Source: a virus (Duplodnaviria > Caudoviricetes). From it: DNA of 55,471 bases. This document shows, piece after piece, positions 20,181 to 28,939 of the stretch; the stretch's first letter is position 1; each line of letters opens with the position of its first letter. Made by a program: the position numbers and the translations under genes. The notes beneath the pieces are model-generated. The model saw only the letters and a list, made by a program, of their open reading frames with translations. It searched no databases and was not told the DNA's origin. The stretch is taken from positions 1-55,471 of IMG/VR virus record IMGVR_UViG_3300044614_001468. One strand, 5' to 3'.

Positions 20181-20477
20181 TTATTGCTCAAAAGGCTCGC
20201 CGGGTTTTGCTTGAGCGTGCTCGGCAAAGCGTGCATAGGCGGCAAGATCGACGTAGTTATCAGGATGATAGACTCGCGTGGATCGTTGAACTTTGAACGC
20301 AACCATCATTAGCTCGACGATGTGCGGCGGGATTGCTGTTGGAAGTGTGATACCGTAGTGCTGTTGGAGAATGCCAGTCCAACTTAGGCCGATGTTGCGA
20401 TGGCTGTGGTGTGGCTCGCCATAGATCTGGCCGCGCTGTTGGATGGTTTCTGAGACTGTATCTTTATTTTGCTGCAT
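20181..20477 (-). CDS. DUF6378-like (nucleotide-metabolism-associated) protein
   Basis: RGQIYG.P...NI...W...M...K..R...DNYVDLAAY pattern. Confidence 0.7.
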   Translation of the reverse strand: MQQNKDTVSETIQQRGQIYGEPHHSHRNIGLSWTGILQQHYGITLPTAIPPHIVELMMVAFKVQRSTRVYHPDNYVDLAAYARFAEHAQAKPGEPFEQ

Positions 20478-21723
20478 AGTATTCAATGTTGTTTTCTTTG
20501 ACACGGCAGATTCTATCCATTGTGGTGAGGTCATCGAGGACTCTAGTGAGTTCATCGGGTGTTTTGAGTGATTGATAGAAACGAACGAAGATAGATTTCT
20601 TTGTAGATCTATGTGAGGTTTTTATAAAGCGCCAGATGTCTTCTGTGATCTTTGCGCTTTCGTTGCGGCCCATGCCGACGAATGGGATGTGCATATCCTT
20701 TTCAAGATTAGCGAGATGCGCTGTGGCTTTCTCTGCATCCTCTCTTGTCACGGTCATATCCAATGTCCGCGCGAAGTGTACGGCGAAGAGGATCTTCTGA
20801 TGATGAAGATTCTTGCGGCCGTAGTATTCGTCCAGCATTGGATGTTTGTTCGTGTGGACGAGATTAGGATGAAGTTCGAAGTGATGGTGGATGTATTCTT
20901 TGGCTTCGTCGTTCAGAATGACAGGTCCATAGAGCTTGTTAAGTTCACGAATGTAAGACTGCAGGCGAGCTTTCGCAGCCTTCTGTTCCTCCGAAAGCGG
21001 AGGAATGGAATATAAATGAAAACGCTTTTCGATCCCATATACGATGATCGTTCGAGCCATAAAACCGTCCGAGAGAATATCTTGATTCTGAAGACTTTGA
21101 AACTTTCCAAGCGTTGTGTTGCCCAAGAGACTGATGCACATATTTGTACAGAAGTCCGTGTCGCTGTGCTTAAGTTTTCGTACGTACTTTCTTCCACCGT
21201 TATAAGCTTCGAGAAGAAAGTCTGAAAGTTGTTCGGCATTTTTCTTAAAGATTGAGGTTAGTTCGTCGAGGATGAATACGAGAGAGCTGTGATGATAGGC
21301 TTTGCGGCGATTCTCGGAATCGACGTAGCGGTGCAAATACGCAACGCGCGAAGTCTCTTGCGTGAATTGCTCGAACGTCGTGCTGTTTGGGGCGATATAG
21401 ATAAGAGGCTGTCGGGCGCCTTTGCGGTTGTCTGAGGCATCTTCGCCGAGGAGTTCAGCGGCGAGATCATTCTCTGGAGTTTTGATCTCGGCGGGGATTT
21501 CTAGGAGTTCTTTCATCGGACTCGTAATGAGAGATTTACCCGCCGAAGCGGGTCCGATGAAAGCGATGTATTGATTCGGAAATACTGCGTGGAAGTCAAG
21601 GTCACCGAACCAGACGCGCCTTTGAAGGGCGGCGCCGATCATGAAATAGAAAGCAGCATCGACAAACGGCTGCGGGCTTTGTACGTCTTTTGTGTACAAA
21701 CACCAGTCTTCATATAGGCTCAT
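20464..21723 (-). CDS. P-loop helicase (DUF3987/YfjI-like), probable replicative helicase
   Basis: Walker A GPASAGKS, Walker B FILDE, GFMAR motif. Confidence 0.7.
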   Translation of the reverse strand: MSLYEDWCLYTKDVQSPQPFVDAAFYFMIGAALQRRVWFGDLDFHAVFPNQYIAFIGPASAGKSLITSPMKELLEIPAEIKTPENDLAAELLGEDASDNRKGARQPLIYIAPNSTTFEQFTQETSRVAYLHRYVDSENRRKAYHHSSLVFILDELTSIFKKNAEQLSDFLLEAYNGGRKYVRKLKHSDTDFCTNMCISLLGNTTLGKFQSLQNQDILSDGFMARTIIVYGIEKRFHLYSIPPLSEEQKAAKARLQSYIRELNKLYGPVILNDEAKEYIHHHFELHPNLVHTNKHPMLDEYYGRKNLHHQKILFAVHFARTLDMTVTREDAEKATAHLANLEKDMHIPFVGMGRNESAKITEDIWRFIKTSHRSTKKSIFVRFYQSLKTPDELTRVLDDLTTMDRICRVKENNIEYYAAK

Positions 21724-21937
21724 GCAAGTATGCGAGTCTTACAGAGTTCTTGCGGATTTGTAGTGTGGTTATTACGTCGAAACCTTCTAGCTTCTCAAAG
21801 CTCGGATCGAACTCGCTGGGAAGATGGGTCTCATGTACAATAACGACCGAGGGCGGCGGCAGGTTGGGCGGCCACTCTTTTACTTTTTCCCTGATCGCGT
21901 TTGTGATCTGGGTTATTCGGTCGTTCGTCTGTCTCAT
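21710..21937 (-). CDS. Hypothetical protein
   Basis: Fits operon spacing. Confidence 0.55.
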   Translation of the reverse strand: MRQTNDRITQITNAIREKVKEWPPNLPPPSVVIVHETHLPSEFDPSFEKLEGFDVITTLQIRKNSVRLAYLHEPI

Positions 21938-21974
21938 ACTGGGTAAAGCGGAGGGAGCTTTTCTTGGGCCACTG

Positions 21975-22967
21975 TTAGGCTAAGTCTCTCATGCCGTTAG
22001 GATTATCTTTTGAATACTTGCCCCAGTTCTTTCCGACTTGGGCCTCCGATTTCATCGTGAAGTTTATTCCGTCTCGGCCTGTGAGAGAAATGGCGAGGCA
22101 TTCTTGCATGAGCTTCGCCGTGTCAGTGACAATCCCATCTGGAACCAGCGCCAGAAAAGAGTCATGTTTATTGTTAATAGCTGGGAGTGTATTCTTAGGC
22201 CGCTCAGTGTTATAGCGGTTGACCGCGATATGTGTGATGCATCCCACGGTGGACTGAGGAACCCATGAGATGCCTTCCCTGATATAAGAGTCAGTAATAG
22301 TTCTCTCGAACCTGCGTGGATATCCAAACAGATTCCGGAGCTGACGGTTAGTTCTAATTTGAAATTCAATTTCATCTTGCCATTCTATGATTTCGGGGAA
22401 TAGGGACGCGAAGAAGCCGAGGAATGTTTTACATTCTTGAAGAGATAAAGTCAAAGTACCGTGACTTTGCTTGAGAGTCTGAAGCTGGAAGGTCCGCTCA
22501 CGCATTCTATAGGAGGAAGCGTGGCAGACCATCTTGCCGATCTTGTATTCTTTATCTGAGGATTTGATTGCTTTGTCGAGAGGTTTCCAATCTTTGTCTT
22601 GCTTGAGTTCTGTTGGGCTGAGAGATTTCCAATAGCTTGGACTTTTACCGGCGAGAGGCCATTCGTTCTGCATCTGCTCGCAGAAGATGTGAAGCGCGAT
22701 GAAGGTATGAGGTTTGATGCCGACGTTGAAGAGTTCTCTATAACGGCCCGGTCGTGTAAGGTTGGCGACGATAAGAGCTTCGGCGCCGCTTTGGTCGCAT
22801 TGGACGAATGTGTGGTTTGGAGGAGCTATGTAAATATCGAGAGCTTCCTTGTCGGGATTCTGGAGATTCGCTCCGTAGTCGCCTAGGAATTGACCGCTTG
22901 CTAGGCGAAAGCTTCCTGTGCCAGCGACCTTAAGTGAGGTCAGGCAATGGATGTGTGGAGTGGGCAT
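21975..22967 (-). CDS. polA: DNA polymerase family A, C-terminal (palm/fingers) subunit
   Basis: AGTGSFRLAS, NLQNP, motif A DQSGAE, motif B KMVCHASSY, PQST, motif C KHDS. Confidence 0.9.
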   Translation of the reverse strand: MPTPHIHCLTSLKVAGTGSFRLASGQFLGDYGANLQNPDKEALDIYIAPPNHTFVQCDQSGAEALIVANLTRPGRYRELFNVGIKPHTFIALHIFCEQMQNEWPLAGKSPSYWKSLSPTELKQDKDWKPLDKAIKSSDKEYKIGKMVCHASSYRMRERTFQLQTLKQSHGTLTLSLQECKTFLGFFASLFPEIIEWQDEIEFQIRTNRQLRNLFGYPRRFERTITDSYIREGISWVPQSTVGCITHIAVNRYNTERPKNTLPAINNKHDSFLALVPDGIVTDTAKLMQECLAISLTGRDGINFTMKSEAQVGKNWGKYSKDNPNGMRDLA

Positions 22968-22969
22968 AG

Positions 22970-23512
22970 TTATTCGCAGGAATAAATCTCTTTAGATACT
23001 TTCAAACCCGTCGGCCAGTCAGTATTCTTATGAAAGCTATCGTCGAGGATCATGACTTTGTTCGTGGGCTGGGCCGTGATGCGACCGTTGTCGAGCTTGA
23101 TAAAGAGGAACTCTTTGTTCTGCTCGGGATCGTTGCTGAAGCCATCGTCAAAGGGCGCGGCTGTGAAGAGATAGTCGCCGTAGTGTATAAAGCCGTCGCA
23201 ATCTGCCATACAACGCTGACCTCGCAGATAAGTGTACTGGATGGTTTCGAAATTCCAACCGTAGCAATCCCAGCGTTGAGATTGTTCAAGAGGCCATTCG
23301 CTGGGGAGTATATCAGAGCCGAAGTATAGCGCATGAAGCGGAAGATTACGATAGATCGCTCCGTTCTCCAGCAAGACATGACAGCCCCATGCGCGGCCGG
23401 GCGTTGACGTTATGGCGAACCATATCGCGGGCATGTAGCCTTGCGGATGTTTGTGCGTGAAAGCTGTGTCTACGTTTGTGTAGAGATGCTTGGGTAGGTT
23501 TTTTGTGAACAT
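22970..23512 (-). CDS. Hypothetical phage protein
   Basis: Tightly packed ORF; GAIYRNLPLHAL, WDC and YLFT motifs; function unknown. Confidence 0.7.
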   Translation of the reverse strand: MFTKNLPKHLYTNVDTAFTHKHPQGYMPAIWFAITSTPGRAWGCHVLLENGAIYRNLPLHALYFGSDILPSEWPLEQSQRWDCYGWNFETIQYTYLRGQRCMADCDGFIHYGDYLFTAAPFDDGFSNDPEQNKEFLFIKLDNGRITAQPTNKVMILDDSFHKNTDWPTGLKVSKEIYSCE

Positions 23513-23523
23513 ATTTTTAAAGA

Positions 23524-24372
23524 TTAAACGTCATCCCTCCACCCAACAAACGACGCATTGAACGGGCGACCGTCGTCGGTGAGGTTGAGATACTTGATCG
23601 TTGCTTTCTTTTGGAAGTGATAATTTGGGGTAATGAATTCCTCACGCTCTTCGTCGGTGAAGCCTGTGCCGACCTCAAAGCTTACGCCTCTGTTGGTGAT
23701 GAACTTAAGCGCACCTAGTTTGCCTTTGCATTTGCCTTCATCAGAGACGACGCGCCCAATGCACTGGAACTCGTCGTCGAGAAATGCTTTGCGCTTTTGG
23801 AGATTCATCGTCGAGCGTTCCTTTGTGCCCTGTGGCATATACGATCCGAAGACGCTCTTGATCATTTGGCCTTCGAATTGTTGCTTGAGATATTCTTCGT
23901 AACAAGCGTCAAGTTCAATACGAGTCTTGCAAATAGACCACGGGATCATTTCTACGCCAACGCCAGTAGATTCCTTAATGATCTTTTCAAGCAAGAGCAT
24001 CCGAGTGAGTGCGTTGTATTTAGGTTCTACAAGATCGAACGCATAGAAACTGATATGCTTGGCGTCTTCACCGGGCAGAATGCGATTCACGCCCACGGCG
24101 GCGTTGATCTTCTGGAGACTCATGCCGTGGCAGTATAGCTCGCCGTCGATAATGTAATCGTTAAGCGGCGGCGGAAATATACTTTGCAAAACGGCATCAT
24201 TCCACCGCTTGCCATCTCGCGAGAAGAAACCCCGACCGGGAATGTACATGCACCTTAGCCCATTCAGCTTGGGCATCGAGACGACGTGACCGAATTTTGA
24301 GGGGTCATAAATCCCAGCGCGCATAAAGGATGCGGCGATTTGTGGGTCTTTTTCTTTTGTATCTTTTTTCAT
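23524..24372 (-). CDS. lig: ATP-dependent DNA ligase
   Basis: KLNGLR (KxDGxR variant), DGELY, FDL, EGQMIK, C-terminal OB domain with VGTGFTD. Confidence 0.9.
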   Translation of the reverse strand: MKKDTKEKDPQIAASFMRAGIYDPSKFGHVVSMPKLNGLRCMYIPGRGFFSRDGKRWNDAVLQSIFPPPLNDYIIDGELYCHGMSLQKINAAVGVNRILPGEDAKHISFYAFDLVEPKYNALTRMLLLEKIIKESTGVGVEMIPWSICKTRIELDACYEEYLKQQFEGQMIKSVFGSYMPQGTKERSTMNLQKRKAFLDDEFQCIGRVVSDEGKCKGKLGALKFITNRGVSFEVGTGFTDEEREEFITPNYHFQKKATIKYLNLTDDGRPFNASFVGWRDDV

Positions 24373-24374
24373 AT

Positions 24375-25805
24375 TTAATATTCCCAAATCCATTGTTGAA
24401 ATCCTAGCATACCTTTCAGCTTAACCATACGACGCATCTCGAAGATCACATCAATAGCGACGTTCTTAGGATGCTTGAGTTTGATCTTATAGAGAGCATC
24501 CCCAGCGACACTCGGAGCGCCTTTGTCTGTTGTCTTTTCTGGTTTGTATTTTAGTTGTTCGTGTAGATAACGAACGACTTGATCCGGGCTGCCGGGATTA
24601 AGGTCGAAGCCGACGAGGATTTTTAGGATTCTATTTAACTGCTTATATCTTTCTTCACAGCGTCGGACGATGTATTGCCGCTTGACGGGATCAAAGTGCA
24701 TTCCGTGCAGTGACATGAAGGCGTAGTCTGCGAGAGATCGGCTGGCTTGATCGACAGAGTCTTGAAGTCCAGCGTCGTTTCGGCAGACTTCAATCTGACC
24801 ATAGTAAATTTCTCTGAGGACAATAACGTCTTTAACATTGTAAGCGCGGAGCTGCTCAAATTGTGCTCGATTGCGAGGATCAAAGTTCCCTGCTTCATCT
24901 TTATGGAAGGGTCTGTTGCTGTAAAGAGTGGCTTGATGTGCCAGAGATTTCTCGGCCTCAGGGAATATGCGATGCCCAGCGACCATGGTGTCATAGATGT
25001 CATGGCCGAATGGGATCTTATAGAAGGCGGCGAGGAAGCATAGGTCAAAGAGGGCGTTATGTATGACGACTCTTCTTTTCTTTAGCTCTCTTATGAAGCG
25101 CGCAAAGAAAACCACACCCACATTAAGATTGCCGCCCCAATCGTACACAGGGATAGAGTAAACAGGACTCTCTCCACAGGCGATGGCGAGACACGTAAGG
25201 GTGTTCGTCTTGGGGTGAGTCTCAATGTCGAAGAATATAGGACCGTCGTAGTCGAAGACACTTGTGCATTCGGCTGCTCTTTGACAGATGACGGTTTGTG
25301 GTTCAGGTTGAACTTTTTGGGGGTCATATGTTAGGAGTTTCTTGATGTCTTGTGCGAACCAAAAGCTGTAGTTACTGCGCTTCGTTGGGGATGTACTCTT
25401 GCCGTCGTCTTTATCTAGAATGTCTTCGCCGTCATTGTCTCCCTCCAAAGCGTCTTCCATGCCCCATGCGTCGACACAATCTTGAGGCCAGTAAGTAACG
25501 ATGTATTGGGTTTTATTTGGCGAGAGATAGACGACGCCGCGAAAGGCGTCTAGGGTTTTTCCTTTAGCTGCTGGTAGATAATCTAGGGCTTTGGCTCCGG
25601 CAAAGATGATCTTTGTGATGCCGCTTGGTTTGTTTGCGCCTTTGAAGAAGTCGTCGGCGAAAGTAATGAAAACGTTAGATGCGTCATCAAGATCAATACC
25701 ATGACGTACCAAAGTATCACGCACGAAGTCACCAGCGGGTCCGAGTAAGATCCCATTATTTTCTTTATCAAAGCGCGAAGGTCCATGGAGAACGAGGGCT
25801 ATCAT
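24375..25805 (-). CDS. polA: DNA polymerase family A, N-terminal subunit: degenerate UDG-like + 3'-5' exonuclease + thumb
   Basis: GILLGPAG and TYWP UDG-family-4-like remnants; Exo I DIET, Exo II HNALFD, Exo III YNVKD; thumb GMHFD, NPGSPDQV, R..KL. Confidence 0.85.
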   Translation of the reverse strand: MIALVLHGPSRFDKENNGILLGPAGDFVRDTLVRHGIDLDDASNVFITFADDFFKGANKPSGITKIIFAGAKALDYLPAAKGKTLDAFRGVVYLSPNKTQYIVTYWPQDCVDAWGMEDALEGDNDGEDILDKDDGKSTSPTKRSNYSFWFAQDIKKLLTYDPQKVQPEPQTVICQRAAECTSVFDYDGPIFFDIETHPKTNTLTCLAIACGESPVYSIPVYDWGGNLNVGVVFFARFIRELKKRRVVIHNALFDLCFLAAFYKIPFGHDIYDTMVAGHRIFPEAEKSLAHQATLYSNRPFHKDEAGNFDPRNRAQFEQLRAYNVKDVIVLREIYYGQIEVCRNDAGLQDSVDQASRSLADYAFMSLHGMHFDPVKRQYIVRRCEERYKQLNRILKILVGFDLNPGSPDQVVRYLHEQLKYKPEKTTDKGAPSVAGDALYKIKLKHPKNVAIDVIFEMRRMVKLKGMLGFQQWIWEY

Positions 25806-25824
25806 TAGGTGGTTAATTTAAGAG

Positions 25825-25855
25825 AAAAGAAAAGGCAGACTATTTCCGGTCTGCC
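25825..25855 (-). terminator. Terminator-like hairpin
   Basis: Minus strand ggcagac-cggaaata-gtctgcc-ttttctttt. Confidence 0.65.
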
Positions 25856-25963
25856 AGCGGGCGAGTTGGGATGTATGTCTTGAGGAAAGAAACCTCTTAG
25901 AAAGTCTCGCTTCTCTCTAAGAGGCGCGTGTCTCTGTGATAGCAACCACTCTATCTCTGAGAC

Positions 25964-26482
25964 TTAGAAGTTATCGGCAAGCGGCGAGGCAGCGCCTTTG
26001 ACTTGAGAGAAGTCAAACTGGGTGTTGTAGCGTTTGATGATGGCCTCGCCATTCTCGTCGCGCTTGGCGAACTTGAGATCGCGGGAGTTGGAAGGATCGT
26101 CGCTGACATACTCAGGCTGCGACTGAACGAGCATGTTGAAGGCTTGGCCTTCGAGACTTTTCAGTGCATCAGAAACGTCAATGTCGTTGTAGTCTTCGGG
26201 CAGACCATCATACAGACCAGTCACTTGCAGCGGCGTGGCGAGAAGTTCCAGCGCAGAGTCAACGCCGTTCTTGTTCTCAAGCATGATGTACATGTTGCCC
26301 TTTGCGCCGAGGGTCTTATAGGTCGTACCGGCGGCGGTGGCGGTCTCGGGCGCAACGATCTCGCACTCACAGACAACCATCTTGAAACCCTTCGCGCTCT
26401 GGCGAGTCTCGGTCTTGTGGACGAGAACCTTATAGACGTTGGCGGGGATGAATCCGAGCTTGACTTCAGTACCTTTTTTCAT
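25964..26482 (-). CDS. Putative single-stranded DNA-binding protein
   Basis: IPANVY.V.V...E...SAKG..M pattern of phage OB-fold SSBs; follows exonuclease and Sak4-like genes; C-terminal F. Confidence 0.55.
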   Translation of the reverse strand: MKKGTEVKLGFIPANVYKVLVHKTETRQSAKGFKMVVCECEIVAPETATAAGTTYKTLGAKGNMYIMLENKNGVDSALELLATPLQVTGLYDGLPEDYNDIDVSDALKSLEGQAFNMLVQSQPEYVSDDPSNSRDLKFAKRDENGEAIIKRYNTQFDFSQVKGAASPLADNF

Positions 26483-26529
26483 TTTATGTTTTATGTTTTA
26501 TTGTTTAACTAACACCGACAAATGGGAGG

Positions 26530-26547
26530 GAGCTTTCTGTGGGCCAT
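26530..26547 (-). promoter_or_regulatory. Putative sigma-54 -24/-12 promoter
   Basis: aTGGCccacagaaaGCtc (GG-N10-GC), intergenic, upstream of the SSB-like gene. Confidence 0.5.
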
Positions 26548-26550
26548 TTT

Positions 26551-27264
26551 TTAAGGCTTAGCAAGTTCAACTGCAATTTTGTTTAATGCCTTCACAACAC
26601 AATTCTCCATGGGATTAGGCAAGCCCCAGAAGATAGGAGTCTTCGCGGTCGTGACGCCGTCGGTCTGCGTGGCGAAGAAGTATTGGATCGTGTCGCTGCC
26701 CTTTTCTTTCTTTGCATAGACAGACCACACAGCGAGACACTCAGACTCGATGCCTTTGTTTGCCCACTCTTTACCTTGGACATAGAGGCGGCGGCGAGTG
26801 GTCATACTGCCGTCGAGACCTTGAATGGGGACGATCTCTTCGAGGCCGGTGATGATAACGGTTTTATCCAGCGACTTGAGGTTAGTGCACAAAGTCTGGA
26901 TGCCATCGTTGTAGTTCTTCCAGATGTCGAAGCCTTTGTAGATTTGCTCGCATTTAACTTGCAACTGGTCAATCGCCGCGGTGATTGAGTCGATGACGAC
27001 TAAGTCTTTCGTGGTGTCTTTCTTGATCTTGTTGAGTTCAAGAGTGAGTTTGTCGTAGCTGTCGATTGGCACAACGAGCTTCTCATCACGCACACGGAAA
27101 GGCATACCCTTTCGTTCGGCGTCGAGGATGATTGTTCGGGCAGGATCTACGTTGCGGAATGATGTAGACTTACCTGCGCCGCTCGGACCGACGAGAGCGA
27201 TCAGGGTTTTGGGCCATTGAGGTTTTGCTTGAGGCATTTGAGGCTGTAGTATTTCTATTGCCAT
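26551..27264 (-). CDS. AAA_24 / Sak4-like ssDNA-annealing ATPase
   Basis: GPSGAGKST, ILDAERKG, VVIDSIT. Confidence 0.75.
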   Translation of the reverse strand: MAIEILQPQMPQAKPQWPKTLIALVGPSGAGKSTSFRNVDPARTIILDAERKGMPFRVRDEKLVVPIDSYDKLTLELNKIKKDTTKDLVVIDSITAAIDQLQVKCEQIYKGFDIWKNYNDGIQTLCTNLKSLDKTVIITGLEEIVPIQGLDGSMTTRRRLYVQGKEWANKGIESECLAVWSVYAKKEKGSDTIQYFFATQTDGVTTAKTPIFWGLPNPMENCVVKALNKIAVELAKP

Positions 27265-27288
27265 ATGTTTTATTTAAGCTTGGTTACA

Positions 27289-28215
27289 TTACCAAGAAAG
27301 TGGTTCATACTTTACGATGTCGCACTCAGAGAGGAAGAGTTCGACCTGCGTGGAGTTGTCTGCAAAGCAGAGACGTTTGAATGGGCAAGAAGGGCAAGAG
27401 TTAGTGAGCTTGCCTGTGGGTGGCGGAAGCTTATCATATGTGAGGGCATTGTGAATGAGGCGCGAAAAGAGTTCGATTCTTTGTTTTAACTCGACACCGA
27501 ACTCTTCAAGTTGCTCGGCGGAGAAACTCCAATCGGGGCCGGTGCGCCATGCTGGGGCTGGCAGAGAGATCTGGACGACGAGCGTGCGTATCACCATGCG
27601 GCGATACCATGCAGCGTTGGCGTAGTTGATGTCGTCTTTAAATATCTCATACGCAAAACGCTGGAAGATATAGTAGTAGAAAGAGAACTGTGTGTCGCCT
27701 TCGTAGCCCGCGACCGCGTCTTTGAATGCGTACTTGCGCGTCGTCTTATAGTCTGTGATCTGAAGGATTCCCGCTGGGGTTATGCTAAGTAGGTCAACCG
27801 TTCCGACATAGGCAAACGCGGGATGCTCTACGATAGGAAAGTTGAAGTGGAACTCAGCCCCGCGATTGTCACCAAACTTTAAGGGAATAGGAAGCGACGT
27901 AAGAGGCGCGGCCGTCAGAGCTTTCTTGATCTGATCTTGATCTTTGTTCGGCAGGTTCTTTTCCTTCGCCGCTTTGAACGCTTCGAGACAGGCATCTTGC
28001 CACTTCTCTCCGCTCCGGTCAAAGGCAATGTTCTCTGCGAACTTGTGAATGATCTTGCCGACGGTCAAGGCGGTGATGTCTTCTTTAGGCTTAAGGCCAA
28101 GGAAGACTGTGAGAAACCAGCGACGCGGACAAGCTGAGATCTTTAAGCCAGATGCGTTGATTGGGATTGTTGCGGGAATGCCTTCGTGAGGAAGATCTTT
28201 ATAGGTTAAGTTCAT
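27289..28215 (-). CDS. Cas4-like PD-(D/E)XK exonuclease
   Basis: CPRR, GKIIH, GTVDL, TDYKT, Q...Y, C..CPF...C. Confidence 0.8.
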   Translation of the reverse strand: MNLTYKDLPHEGIPATIPINASGLKISACPRRWFLTVFLGLKPKEDITALTVGKIIHKFAENIAFDRSGEKWQDACLEAFKAAKEKNLPNKDQDQIKKALTAAPLTSLPIPLKFGDNRGAEFHFNFPIVEHPAFAYVGTVDLLSITPAGILQITDYKTTRKYAFKDAVAGYEGDTQFSFYYYIFQRFAYEIFKDDINYANAAWYRRMVIRTLVVQISLPAPAWRTGPDWSFSAEQLEEFGVELKQRIELFSRLIHNALTYDKLPPPTGKLTNSCPSCPFKRLCFADNSTQVELFLSECDIVKYEPLSW

Positions 28216-28234
28216 ATTTTTTGAGGGAAATGAA

Positions 28235-28313
28235 AAGCTACTCGGCGCGCCGTCCACAGGAAAAAAACCTAAACCTGCTGCAAGAACAGCTTGCATAACG
28301 CACCGAGTAGCTT
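28235..28313 (-). ncRNA. Candidate three-way-junction structured element
   Basis: 15-bp closing stem (one G.U on minus strand) enclosing two hairpins, followed by TTTT. Confidence 0.4.
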
Positions 28314-28317
28314 AAAG

Positions 28318-28506
28318 TTATTTCTTATATTGAAAAGTAAAGCCACGGCATTTCTGGCCGCGATACATTTGATGACAGACGGCGGCTGGATTTACCTTGA
28401 GAGCTTTGGCCGCGGCTTTTGCAGAAGGATATTCTTCTCCGGTCTCAAGACATATGACTGGCTTACATGCATTATTACCGGGGCGTTTTTTCTTTAGAAC
28501 TTTCAC
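28318..28506 (-). CDS. Stand-alone NUMOD1-like DNA-binding protein
   Basis: KPVICLETGEEYPSAKAAAKAL...GFTFQY. Confidence 0.7.
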   Translation of the reverse strand: MKVLKKKRPGNNACKPVICLETGEEYPSAKAAAKALKVNPAAVCHQMYRGQKCRGFTFQYKK

Positions 28507-28724
28507 TTCTTGAATTTGAAGTTCTGAGTTTGATTGATGATAGCTTGAACGTCTATGCCTTTGAGGAGAGGATCGTTTAGGAGGGAAGCGAGATCGGTGC
28601 CGGTTGGGCGCGTGTGAGGAAAGTGTTTGAGCAGAAACTTCTCAAGCTCTTTGTCTGTCATCTCTTCGACGGGTTTAGGAAGGCCCAATAAGAGATCGAG
28701 TTCGTTGAGATTTGAATTACTCAT
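28503..28724 (-). CDS. Hypothetical protein
   Basis: Operon packing. Confidence 0.6.
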   Translation of the reverse strand: MSNSNLNELDLLLGLPKPVEEMTDKELEKFLLKHFPHTRPTGTDLASLLNDPLLKGIDVQAIINQTQNFKFKK

Positions 28725-28725
28725 A

Positions 28726-28938
28726 TCATAGAACAATACAGCAGAGTTTCTTGCGGGCAGGATTCTTGTCAATCAAAGAGGCCTCGGCTTCTTGAGGCGT
28801 GGGATATAGTATGGTCGTAAACCATAGGCCGTTGAGCTTATGCTTATAGGCGTAGAAGTAATGCTCTTTTGGCGGCGGCATTTCGGAGTCCGTTGCGGTG
28901 GCGTATGTGATTCCTTCGTTGTTTGATGTGGCACTCAT
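28726..28938 (-). CDS. Hypothetical protein (70 aa)
   Basis: ATG at 28938 directly after the stop of the upstream gene. Confidence 0.55.
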   Translation of the reverse strand: MSATSNNEGITYATATDSEMPPPKEHYFYAYKHKLNGLWFTTILYPTPQEAEASLIDKNPARKKLCCIVL

Positions 28939-28939
28939 A

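Noticed and set aside
22968-24374. Group I intron or split intein interrupting polA
   Set aside because: The interval is fully coding with 2-11 nt gaps, carries a ligase rather than a homing endonuclease, and shows no intein N-terminal Cys block or C-terminal His-Asn.
27289-28215. CRISPR-associated Cas4
   Set aside because: No cas operon or array; the exonuclease-Sak4-SSB context indicates a phage recombination module.
28235-28313. tRNA gene
   Set aside because: Similar length but no D/T-loop consensus (no TTCGA) and only two inner arms.
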